From: Solirubrobacteraceae bacterium
Lineage (GTDB): Bacteria; Actinomycetota; Thermoleophilia; Solirubrobacterales; Solirubrobacteraceae
Direction of reading: 5' to 3'
DNA: 64,000 bases
Assembly (NCBI GenBank): GCA_035499875.1
Contig: DATJXX010000004.1
Coordinates: forward strand, 4,610-68,609
Part shown: positions 39,242-47,785 of the stretch, piece by piece
Numbering within the stretch: the first letter of the stretch is position 1
Layout of the letters: each line of letters begins with the position of its first letter
The notes under the pieces: model-generated
Database searches by the model: none
The model's input: only the letters and a program-made list of their open reading frames with translations
Told to the model about the DNA's origin: nothing
Program-made: the position numbers and the translations under genes

Positions 39242-39976
39242 CTATTTGCTCTGAGAGAGGAAATTGACGATCGCGTTGAACTTTTCGGGCGGCAGGTTCT
39301 TGAAGGACGGCATCGGCGCGGTCGGGTTCACGAGCGTCCGCGCGATCGCCGCAGGCTGCAGGCGCGAGCCTATGTCGGTGAGGTTCGGTCCGGGCCCCGC
39401 ATTGCCGTTGTCGCCGATCTTGTGACACGCCAGGCAGCCCGACTGGGCCACCGCTTTCTTGCCGGCTTCGAATTCGGCCAGCACCTTTCCCCCCTGGAGC
39501 TTTATCGCTGTGGGGGTGGGCGCTTCGATGGCGGTGGGCGAGCCGGCGTTGGCCCCCTGGTAGGTGAGGTAGGCAATCGCGGCGATCACCACGATGCCGG
39601 CCGTGGTCGCGATCGGGCGGCGCTCGGGGCGGCGCTCCGGGCCGCGGTCATAGAACGGCAGCAGGAACAGCAGGATCATCGCGAGCGTCGGAATCCCGAT
39701 CGTCGCGAGCGGCACGAGGCTCGGCGGCTTGATCACGCGCAGGACCTCGAACAGGAAGAAGAAGTACCACTCCGGTCGCGGCACGTAGGTGGTAGTGGTC
39801 GGGTTCGCCTTCGAGCCGAGCTCGGCACCGAGCACCAGTGACATCGAGATGATCACTGCCATCACCACGCACGCCATCACCCCGTCCTTGGCCACGGCGT
39901 AGGGGAAGAACGGCTTGCCCTGTGACTTCAGGACCGAGTATTCGCGGAGGTACTCCTCCTTCTCGCGCTGGTTCAC
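39242..39976 (-). CDS. Cytochrome b subunit IV fused to mono-heme cytochrome c (Bacillus QcrC-like)
   Basis: PRPEWYF; TM helices; CLACH; distal Met in APMP. Confidence 0.92.
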   Translation of the reverse strand: MNQREKEEYLREYSVLKSQGKPFFPYAVAKDGVMACVVMAVIISMSLVLGAELGSKANPTTTTYVPRPEWYFFFLFEVLRVIKPPSLVPLATIGIPTLAMILLFLLPFYDRGPERRPERRPIATTAGIVVIAAIAYLTYQGANAGSPTAIEAPTPTAIKLQGGKVLAEFEAGKKAVAQSGCLACHKIGDNGNAGPGPNLTDIGSRLQPAAIARTLVNPTAPMPSFKNLPPEKFNAIVNFLSQSK

Positions 39977-40034
39977 CGCAGCCCTCCCACGGGCAGGGGC
40001 GACGCGCCGCCGGCGATGCGCACAGCCGACACGG

Positions 40035-40844
40035 CTAGACCTCGGCCTCGCGCAGCTCGGACGGCCGTTTGGCCTTGTCCCACGGCGGGGCGGTCGTGCC
40101 GAGCTTCGTCACCAGGTAAAGGTGAACACCGATCAGGGCGATCAGCAGCCCCGGTATCAGAAGCATATGGATGGCATAGAAGCGCGACAGCGTCGTGGCC
40201 CCGAATTCGGAGCCGCCACGTAAGAAGTCACTCAAATAGGGTCCCAGCAGAGGACCGGTGCCGTTGATGTTCACACCCACCACCGTGGCCCAGTACGCGC
40301 GCTGGTCGAACGGGAGCAGATAACCGGTGAACGACATCACCATCGTCAGGATCAGCAGCACCACCCCGATCACCCAGTTGAGCTCCCGCGGGTACTTGTA
40401 CGCGCCGAAGAAGAACACACGTCCCATGTGCAGGAACACGAGCACGACCATCACACTCGAGCCCCACTTGTGCATGCCACGCACGAACTGGCCGAGGAAC
40501 ACGTCGTTGGTGACGTAACGGATCGATTCGTACGCGCCCCCGGAGGCGTCGGGGCGGTAGTACATGGCCAGGAACACGCCCGTGACGGCCTGGCTCAGGA
40601 AGGCGAACAGGGTGGCCGAGCCGAGGGTGTAGAACCAGTTCGTCCCTTTCGGGACCTTGCGGAACATCAGCCAGCGGGCTGCGCCCGTCAGTGAGGTGCG
40701 TTCGTCGACCCAGTCGACGACGCTGATCCCGGCCTCCTTCAGGTGGTCGTCCAGGCCGGCCCCGTTGGATTCCCCCGGGCGGGGCGGCGGTTCCTTGAGC
40801 GGGCCGGGAAGCGGGGGAGCCGGGATCTTCGGTGCCCTGGGCAT
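40035..40844 (-). CDS. Cytochrome b6-like N-terminal cytochrome b
   Basis: TGVFLAMYY, RGMHKW, FLHMGR, PRELNW, TGYLLPFDQ, RFYAIH..IGVH. Confidence 0.94.
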   Translation of the reverse strand: MPRAPKIPAPPLPGPLKEPPPRPGESNGAGLDDHLKEAGISVVDWVDERTSLTGAARWLMFRKVPKGTNWFYTLGSATLFAFLSQAVTGVFLAMYYRPDASGGAYESIRYVTNDVFLGQFVRGMHKWGSSVMVVLVFLHMGRVFFFGAYKYPRELNWVIGVVLLILTMVMSFTGYLLPFDQRAYWATVVGVNINGTGPLLGPYLSDFLRGGSEFGATTLSRFYAIHMLLIPGLLIALIGVHLYLVTKLGTTAPPWDKAKRPSELREAEV

Positions 40845-40865
40845 CGCCGTCGAGTGCGCCCGGGC

Positions 40866-41531
40866 CTACAGTTTCTGCGCGCCGGGGCGCGAGGGGTAGA
40901 GATACTGCCCGACGCCGTCGAGTGGCTCCCCGGGATCGCGGGGAGAGAAGGGCCGCAGTTCCTTGTCCACGCTGAAGCGGGGGCCGAGCTGCACCTGATC
41001 GCCGATCACCCGCGTGTAGAAACGGTCCAGCGGACGCACCGGCGGACCCCCGACGGGACGCCCGAGCAGGTCGTAAACGCCGCCGTGGCACGGGCAGATG
41101 AAGCGCTCGGCGGCGTCCACCCAGCGGACGGGGCAGCCGAGGTGTGCGCAGCGGTCGGAGATCGCGATGAACCTCTTGCCGCGGTCGAAGCGGTCGGTGT
41201 CGATCGCCGGGTTGTACTTGCGCACGTACACCGTGGTCTTGCCCGCTTCACCGATGTTCGGTTCGAGCGTCAGCACCACCGGCACGTAGTTGAACTCGTT
41301 GAACTGGTCCACGGTCCCGACCGTTTCCCAGCGCGCCGGATTGCTTTTGAAGATCGGGCCCAGCCCCAGGCCGAGAGCCGGCAGCACGAAGGAGGCGGCG
41401 GCGATCGCGCCGGCCGTGTTGGCGCCCACGACCATGAACCTGCGCCGCGTTACGGTCTCGCCCTCGAAGGCCCCCGGGATGCCTCTGTCGAGCGTGTACT
41501 TCGATTTCTGTTTCGCACGTCGGTCGGGCAC
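40866..41531 (-). CDS. Rieske 2Fe-2S subunit of the menaquinol:cytochrome c reductase
   Basis: Tat motif TRRRFM; CAHLGC; CPCHGGVY. Confidence 0.94.
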   Translation of the reverse strand: MPDRRAKQKSKYTLDRGIPGAFEGETVTRRRFMVVGANTAGAIAAASFVLPALGLGLGPIFKSNPARWETVGTVDQFNEFNYVPVVLTLEPNIGEAGKTTVYVRKYNPAIDTDRFDRGKRFIAISDRCAHLGCPVRWVDAAERFICPCHGGVYDLLGRPVGGPPVRPLDRFYTRVIGDQVQLGPRFSVDKELRPFSPRDPGEPLDGVGQYLYPSRPGAQKL

Positions 41532-41556
41532 CGGCGCACACAATATCGAGGCGGGC

Positions 41557-42255
41557 TCAAGTCGCCGCCGCTGCACCCTCCGCACTTGTGCGCATTGCCG
41601 CGAGAGCCTCCGGAGAGCCCGCCCGCGCCAGCTCCTTGGCCCGCCGGTGCTCGGGTGTGGAGCCCCAGCCGACGGCCCTCGCGCCGGCCAGCCACACCGC
41701 CTCGGCGAGCTCTGCTTCCTTCCCCGCCTGTGCCAGCGCGCTGAGCGTGATGGTGTCGGCGAGCTCGCTGACGGCGTGGGTGTCGCCGATCGCCACCAGC
41801 CGCGCGAGCCCCATCGCGTACAGCTGGTCACCCGCCAGCAGGCCGAGGTCCGCTTCCGCGGGGGCCAGCAGGCGGGGCTCGCCGTAATGCACCAGGTAAC
41901 CCTCGTAGATCGCCTCGAGCAGCAGCTCGTACTCCTCGCGCCGGCCCTCCGCGCGGGGCCCTGCGGCTGCCAGCGCAGCGGCCGCGCATGGGCTGCCCGT
42001 GGCGCCCCCGCCGGGCGTGTCCTCGCTGCTGAGCAGCCCCGCCAGCAGACCCCCCTGGTCGGCGAGCAGCGCGCGCAGGCGTTGCAGGGGTTCCCCGGGT
42101 TCGCCGGGTTCGCCGGGTTCGCCGGGTTCGCCGGGTGCACCGAAAGCGCCGGGTTCGCCGGGTTCGCCGAAAGCGCCCGGTGCACCGGGTTCGCCTGGCG
42201 CGAGCGGTTCGCCGGGCGCGAGCGGTTCGCCGTGTGCGCCGCCGTCGACGCTCAT
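41557..42255 (-). CDS. Degenerate prenyltransferase-fold protein (possible non-catalytic synthase subunit)
   Basis: LEAIYEGYLVHY and LLAGDQLYA align by eye with the neighbouring synthase's VELVHSATLVHDD and VATGDLLFS, with the DDxxD lost. Confidence 0.6.
   Translation of the reverse strand: MSVDGGAHGEPLAPGEPLAPGEPGAPGAFGEPGEPGAFGAPGEPGEPGEPGEPGEPLQRLRALLADQGGLLAGLLSSEDTPGGGATGSPCAAAALAAAGPRAEGRREEYELLLEAIYEGYLVHYGEPRLLAPAEADLGLLAGDQLYAMGLARLVAIGDTHAVSELADTITLSALAQAGKEAELAEAVWLAGARAVGWGSTPEHRRAKELARAGSPEALAAMRTSAEGAAAAT
42088..42235 (-). repeat. 9-bp-based tandem repeat encoding (PGE/PGA)n
   Basis: gggttcgcc repeated; collagen-like triplets in the N-terminus of the 41557-42255 gene. Confidence 0.85.
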
Positions 42256-43556
42256 CGGCGCTCCCCCTCGGCCAGCGCGACGAAGGCCGCCGAGGCGGCC
42301 GTGAGCGTGCGCTCGACGTGCTCCTCGGTGTGGGCCAGCGAGGGGAACCAGGCCTCGAACTGCGACGGCGGCGGATACACGCCGCGCGAGAGCAGCTCGC
42401 GGCACCAGGCGGCGTACGCGTCGAGGTCGCAACCCTGGGCGTCCTCGAAGCTCCTCACCGGGCGGTCGCTGAAGAACACGCTGAACAGGCCGGTGACGCT
42501 CTGCACCTGGACCGCCACACCGGCCTCCCCGGCGGCCGCCCGCAATCCCTCGACCAGCCTCGTGGTGGTCGCCGACAGGCGCACGTAGGCGAGCTCGTCG
42601 AGCAGCTCGAGCGTGGCGATCCCCGCCGCCGTCGCCAGCGGATTCCCCGACAGCGTGCCCGCCTGGTAGACGTCCCCGGCCGGGGCCAGAAGGCGCATCA
42701 GCTCGCCGCGGCCCCCGAGCGCGGCCGCCGGCAGACCGCCGCCGATGACCTTGCCCATGATCGTGAGGTCGCCGGGAACGGCGCTCAGCTCCTGGGCACC
42801 GCCGGCGGCGACCCGGAAGCCGCTGATCACCTCGTCGAGGACGAGCAGCGCCCCGTTGGCGTCTGCCTGCTCGCGCAGCAGCTCGAGGAACCCCTCCTGG
42901 GGGGGCACCAGTCCCATGTTGGCCGGCAGCGGCTCGGCCAGGATCGCGGCCAGCTGGTGCTGTCCGCAGGCGGCCCGCAGCGCCGCCTCGTCGTTCCAGG
43001 GGACCACCACCGTGGCCGCGACGGCGCTCGCAGGCACCCCCGGGCTGGCGGGGAGCCCCCCGGTCGCGAGCCCGGAGCCGGCCTGCGCCAGCAGCCCGTC
43101 GAGGTGCCCGTGGTAGGCACCGGCGAACTTCAGCACGCGCTCGCGGCCCGTCCAGGCGCGGGCCACGCGCAGCGCGGTCATCGTGGCCTCGGTACCGGAG
43201 GAGGTCATGCGCACCATCTCGACGCTGTCCATCCGCCGCGCGACTTCGGCCGCGAGCGTCACCTCGGAGGCGGTGGGCGCCCCGAAGCTCGTCCCGGCGG
43301 CCATCGCCTCCGCCAGCGCCGACAGCACGTATGGATGGGCGTGACCGAGGATCAGCGGGCCCCACGAGCACACGTAGTCCACGAAGCGGTTGCCGTCGAC
43401 GTCCACGAGTTCGGCTCCCTCGCCGCGCTCGATGAAGATCGGCTCGCGCCCGATCGCCCGCATCGCCCGCACGGGCGAGTTGACGCCGCCCGGGATCAGG
43501 TCCAGCGCGCGCCGGTAGAGCTCACCCGAGCGCGTGTCGGTGAGCGAGGCGCTCAC
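42252..43556 (-). CDS. hemL: Glutamate-1-semialdehyde 2,1-aminomutase
   Basis: PGGVNSPVRA, SSGTEATM, DEVISGFR, GKVIGGGLP, YQAGTLSGNP, PPSQFE. Confidence 0.97.
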   Translation of the reverse strand: MSASLTDTRSGELYRRALDLIPGGVNSPVRAMRAIGREPIFIERGEGAELVDVDGNRFVDYVCSWGPLILGHAHPYVLSALAEAMAAGTSFGAPTASEVTLAAEVARRMDSVEMVRMTSSGTEATMTALRVARAWTGRERVLKFAGAYHGHLDGLLAQAGSGLATGGLPASPGVPASAVAATVVVPWNDEAALRAACGQHQLAAILAEPLPANMGLVPPQEGFLELLREQADANGALLVLDEVISGFRVAAGGAQELSAVPGDLTIMGKVIGGGLPAAALGGRGELMRLLAPAGDVYQAGTLSGNPLATAAGIATLELLDELAYVRLSATTTRLVEGLRAAAGEAGVAVQVQSVTGLFSVFFSDRPVRSFEDAQGCDLDAYAAWCRELLSRGVYPPPSQFEAWFPSLAHTEEHVERTLTAASAAFVALAEGERR

Positions 43557-43586
43557 GTGGGACCCCCCGCAGCGGTCCTGTCGCGC

Positions 43587-44723
43587 TCAGGGAGCGTGCT
43601 CGGACTCCCAGTTCTTGAAGTCCTCGGTGAAGTACAGCAGCCGGATCTTCTTGAACTCCGTGGAGGAGTAGAGGGTGGCCCGCTCGTCGATCCCGGTCTG
43701 GGAGGCGATCGCATCGAGGATCGCGTCGCACTCCTCCTTGGAGCGCCCGTGGGCCATCGTGAACACCGAGTAGGGCCAGTCCTCGTAGGTGGGGCGCTGG
43801 TAGCAGTGGGAGATCCCGCGCACCGCCGCCATCCTCGTGCCGACCTCGAGGATCTGCTCGTCGGGCACCTTCCACACCCCCATGCCGTTGGCCGAGAAGC
43901 CGGCCCGGCGGTGGAACAGGATCGCGGCGACGCGCCGCAGCAGGCCCCGCTGCTGCATCCCTTCGAGGTGTTCGAGCAGCCGCTCCTGGGAGACTCCGAG
44001 CGCGGCCGCGGCGGGGGCGTACGGTTCCGGCACCACCGGCATGTCGCCCTGCAGCGCCCGGATCACGGCGACGTCCCACTCGTCGTAGGGCTGGCGCTCG
44101 AGCTCGACCGGCTCGCTGGCGGCACTGGCGCTGGCGAGCGCCTGGGTGTCGCCCTCCATCTCGAGGTCCATGCGGATCTTGAACAGCTTCAGCGTCGGAA
44201 GCTGGCGCACGGAGGTGGCGCCGGACTCCCGCGCCAGCACCTCGAGCGTGCCCTCGAGGCCGAGCTCGGAGTCCGGCTCGGTGGCGATCGTGAACCACAG
44301 GTTGAAGTCGTGGTTGCGCAGGTAGTTGTGCGACACCCCCGGGTGGGCATTGATCACAGCGGCGGCCCGGTGCGGGTAGGCGGGGTCGACCTTCGCCGCC
44401 ACGAGCATCGAGGAGTAGCCGAGCGCGCGCGTGTCGAAGATGGGCGTGACCTGGCGGATGATGCGCTTCTGGAGCAGCTCGGCGGTGCGCGCGATCGCGT
44501 CCTGCTCGCCGAAGCCCTCGGTGTCCGCCAGCCGGGCGACCTCGCGGTAGGGGCGTGGGGCGATCGGGAAGCTCCCCTGCATCAGGTTGAGCAGGCGCCT
44601 GTCGAGGTCGTCGAGCGCCACGGCCGCGCCTCCGCTGCGGCTGCGGAGCTTGGGCGTGGCGGTGCGCTCCCGGCCCGGCGGGCGCGAGGGCCCGGGCTCG
44701 CTCAGCTCTGCTCTGCCAGCCAC
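43587..44723 (-). CDS. Fused siroheme decarboxylase AhbA-AhbB (NirDL-like)
   Basis: Two Lrp/AsnC-like halves: VSHNYLRNH.FNLWFT and ISHCYQRP..WPYSVFTMAH; STEFKK; start uncertain. Confidence 0.88.
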   Translation of the reverse strand: MAGRAELSEPGPSRPPGRERTATPKLRSRSGGAAVALDDLDRRLLNLMQGSFPIAPRPYREVARLADTEGFGEQDAIARTAELLQKRIIRQVTPIFDTRALGYSSMLVAAKVDPAYPHRAAAVINAHPGVSHNYLRNHDFNLWFTIATEPDSELGLEGTLEVLARESGATSVRQLPTLKLFKIRMDLEMEGDTQALASASAASEPVELERQPYDEWDVAVIRALQGDMPVVPEPYAPAAAALGVSQERLLEHLEGMQQRGLLRRVAAILFHRRAGFSANGMGVWKVPDEQILEVGTRMAAVRGISHCYQRPTYEDWPYSVFTMAHGRSKEECDAILDAIASQTGIDERATLYSSTEFKKIRLLYFTEDFKNWESEHAP

Positions 44724-45697
44724 CGGGCGGCGTCCTTGGCGTGGTAGGTGACGACCACGTCCGCGCCGGCACGGCGCAGCGAGGTGAGGATCTCGAGCAC
44801 CATCGCGCGCTCGTCGACGTGGCCCGCGGCGGCCGCCGCCTTCACGAGCGAGTACTCCCCGGAGACGTTGTAGGCGGCCACCGGCAGGTTGGTCTCGCGC
44901 TTGACCGCGCTGATCAGGTCGCCGTACGCGAGTGCCGGCTTGACCATCAGCATGTCGGCCCCCTCGTCCACGTCGAGCAGCGCCTCCCGCAGCGCCTCAC
45001 GGCCGTTGGCCGGGTCGAGCTGGTAACCGCGGCGGTCGCCGAAGGCGGGTGTGGAGTCGGCCGCCTCGCGGAAGGGGCCGTAGAAGGCCGAGGCGAACTT
45101 GGCGGCATACGCGAGGATCGGCGTTTCGGAGAAGCCTTCGGCGTCGAGCTCCTCGCGGATCGCACGCACGCGGCCATCCATCATGTCCGACGGGGCGACC
45201 ATGTCGGCGCCGGCGCGCGCGTGGCTGACGGCGGTGCGGGCCAGCAGCTCGAGCGTGGCGTCGTTGTCGACCGAACCGTCCTCGTGCAGCACCCCGCAGT
45301 GGCCATGGGTGGTGTACTCGCACAGGCACACGTCCGTGAGGATCAGCAGCTCGGGCACGGCGGCTCTGATCGCGTGCACGGCCAGCTGCACGACACCCTC
45401 CTCGTCCCACGCGCCCGACCCGTGCTCGTCCTTGGCGGCGGGGATCCCGAACAGCATCACCGCGCCGAGCCCGAGCTCGGCCGCCTGCCCTGCCTCCTCG
45501 ACCGCAGCCGACAGCGCGAGCCGCTCCACCCCCGGCATCGACGCGATCGGCTCCCGCGAGCCCCGCGAAGCGTCGGCGCCGGAGCTCACGAACAGCGGCA
45601 GCACCAGCTGCCGGGCGCGCAGGTCGGTCTCGCGGACGAGACCGCGGAGGCCCGCGCTCGAGCGCAGCCGGCGCATGCGGGTCTGTGGAAAGGCCAT
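44702..45697 (-). CDS. hemB: Porphobilinogen synthase (Zn-type)
   Basis: DVCLCEYTTHGHCG, APSDMMDGR, FYGPFR, MVKP, YNVSGEY. Confidence 0.97.
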   Translation of the reverse strand: MAFPQTRMRRLRSSAGLRGLVRETDLRARQLVLPLFVSSGADASRGSREPIASMPGVERLALSAAVEEAGQAAELGLGAVMLFGIPAAKDEHGSGAWDEEGVVQLAVHAIRAAVPELLILTDVCLCEYTTHGHCGVLHEDGSVDNDATLELLARTAVSHARAGADMVAPSDMMDGRVRAIREELDAEGFSETPILAYAAKFASAFYGPFREAADSTPAFGDRRGYQLDPANGREALREALLDVDEGADMLMVKPALAYGDLISAVKRETNLPVAAYNVSGEYSLVKAAAAAGHVDERAMVLEILTSLRRAGADVVVTYHAKDAARWLAEQS

Positions 45698-45710
45698 TGT
45701 GCGCTTGAGG

Positions 45711-47051
45711 TTAGAGGCTTGCGCGTGCCCGGGCGAGGCCGGCGCGGGCGATCAGGCCGTAGGCGACGGTGAGGCCGAGCAGGTGCACCAGCGACACCCA
45801 CAGTCGGGGCCCCGTGTCGTTTACGGCGCAGTCGAGCGCCTGCAGGGCCGACCTGAACGGGAACACGAACGCGATCACGTCGATCACGTGGTCCAGCAGG
45901 CCGGAGACGGAGCCCGCGGGCACGAGCGCCAGGAACGCCAGCGGCAAGGTCGCCAGCAGCGCCAGCAGGGACGCGGCGCGGACCTCCTTGGCGAGCACCC
46001 CGATCGCCACCCCGACCGCTGCGAAGGCGAGCGCCGCCCCCGCGAGGGCGATCACCCACTGCCCCGCACGCGACCATTCCAGCGCCACGAAGCTCCCGAT
46101 GCCGGCGAGCAGCGCGAGCCCCAGCACGAACGCGCACACGGCCGCCAGCAGCACCTTCTCGGAGATCAGCATCCAGCGCGAGACGAGACCCCGTAGCAGG
46201 CGCGCGAGCACGCCCTCCTCGCGCTCCAGGGCGACGCTTCCGGCTGCCAGCAGCACGCCCACCAGCATCAGCGAGATGCTCACGGCGACGACCACGGCGA
46301 AGCGGTTCAGCGGCGTGCGGCGGCCGTGCAGCAGCCGGTTCTTGACCGCGATCGGCTGGCCGATGGCGGCCAGCACGCGCCGGCTGGAGTCGAGGTTCTC
46401 GGAGGCGAAGCGCGCGACTTCGTCGATCTGGCGCAGCTGCGTGCGTGTATGGCCGGGCGGCTGGCGGGCGATGATGCGATCGAGCGTGGGGGGGATCGCC
46501 GCGAGCCCGATCGGCAGGTGCGCGATGCCGATTTCTTTCAGGCTCCCGCCCCGCAGCAGCCCTTCGATCGCGCTCGCCGCCACACGCTGGATCTGTTCGG
46601 AGAAGGCGAGGTTGCCCTTGGCGATGTCCGATTCGATCTCGGAGCGCACGAGCGACTGTTCGAGCGCGTTGCCGTTGTAGACCACCTCCACGGGTGCCCG
46701 CGCGGAGCCGGAGGCGATGCTCGAGGCGAAGTTGGGCGGGATCACGATCGCCGCCAGCACATCCCCGCTCTTCACTTTCGCGATCGCGTCGGCCCTGCTG
46801 GAGGCTTCCACCGTGTCGGACTGGGTGAGCAGTTCGTGGGCGTAGTGGTCCACTTCGAGCCTCTCGCCGCCGAGGTGGATCACCTCGCCCGGGGGCGTTT
46901 CGTCGACGATCGCCACCCGCGCGCGAGAGGGCCCTCGTGACAGCGCCAGACCGATCAGCACGGCGATCACGACCGGATACACGACCAGCAGCACCAGCAG
47001 CAGCCGCGAGCGGCCGAGGATCAGCAGGTCCTTGCGCAGCAGCGAAGTCAC
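45711..47051 (-). CDS. ABC-2 type exporter permease with large extracellular loop
   Basis: LLRKDL + TM1, large loop, ALEREEG, about 5 further TMs. Confidence 0.85.
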   Translation of the reverse strand: MTSLLRKDLLILGRSRLLLVLLVVYPVVIAVLIGLALSRGPSRARVAIVDETPPGEVIHLGGERLEVDHYAHELLTQSDTVEASSRADAIAKVKSGDVLAAIVIPPNFASSIASGSARAPVEVVYNGNALEQSLVRSEIESDIAKGNLAFSEQIQRVAASAIEGLLRGGSLKEIGIAHLPIGLAAIPPTLDRIIARQPPGHTRTQLRQIDEVARFASENLDSSRRVLAAIGQPIAVKNRLLHGRRTPLNRFAVVVAVSISLMLVGVLLAAGSVALEREEGVLARLLRGLVSRWMLISEKVLLAAVCAFVLGLALLAGIGSFVALEWSRAGQWVIALAGAALAFAAVGVAIGVLAKEVRAASLLALLATLPLAFLALVPAGSVSGLLDHVIDVIAFVFPFRSALQALDCAVNDTGPRLWVSLVHLLGLTVAYGLIARAGLARARASL

Positions 47052-47785
47052 CTCGCGGACACGTCCTTCCCGCCACGGCCCTCGCCGGGGTGTGACTGCA
47101 GGAAACGGACCAGCGCCTGCTCGAGGTCGCCGCCGGGCGGCTCGCCGCCGGCTGCCAGCAGCTCGGCGGGGGTCCCGTCGAGACATACCACACCCTCGTC
47201 GAGGACCAGCACGCGGCGCGCGTGACGGCGTACCTCGCTGACGTTGTGGGTCGAGTACAGCACCGCCGCACCCCCCTGGACGAGCCCAAGGATGAACTCC
47301 CACAGGCGCTCGCGCTGGGCCGGGTCGAGCGCCGCCGTGGGCTCGTCCAGCGCCAGTACCGCGGGCTCCCCGATCAGTGCCAGTGCGACATTCACGCGCT
47401 GGCGGTTGCCGCCCGACAGGTTCGCCAGCAGCTCATCCGCACGGGGCGCCAGGGCCGTCTGCTCGAGCATTCGCTCGACCGCCGCGCGGGGATCCGTGAG
47501 GCGCTCGAGGTGGGCGAACAGCTCGAGGTTCTCGCGCACCGACAGACGCTGGTAGACGGCAGGGCGCTGGGGTGCCCAGCCGACGCGTCCGGCGCCCAGC
47601 TGGAAACTGCCCCCGCTCGGCTCGGTGCTGCCGGCGATGATCGACAGCAGGGTGGTCTTGCCCGCGCCGTTGGGCCCGACGACCGCGAGCAGCTCGCCGC
47701 TGTCCACCTCGAAGGTGACATCGCGCAGCGCCTGCAGGCCGCCATAGCGCTTGGCGAGCGCGCGGACGCTGAGCGCGACGCTCAC
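47048..47785 (-). CDS. ABC transporter ATP-binding protein
   Basis: GPNGAGKTT, LSGG, LDEPT, STH. Confidence 0.93.
   Translation of the reverse strand: MSVALSVRALAKRYGGLQALRDVTFEVDSGELLAVVGPNGAGKTTLLSIIAGSTEPSGGSFQLGAGRVGWAPQRPAVYQRLSVRENLELFAHLERLTDPRAAVERMLEQTALAPRADELLANLSGGNRQRVNVALALIGEPAVLALDEPTAALDPAQRERLWEFILGLVQGGAAVLYSTHNVSEVRRHARRVLVLDEGVVCLDGTPAELLAAGGEPPGGDLEQALVRFLQSHPGEGRGGKDVSAR

Noticed and set aside
43587-44723. AsnC/Lrp transcription regulator
   Set aside because: Paired HxYxR motifs and the hem gene context indicate siroheme decarboxylase
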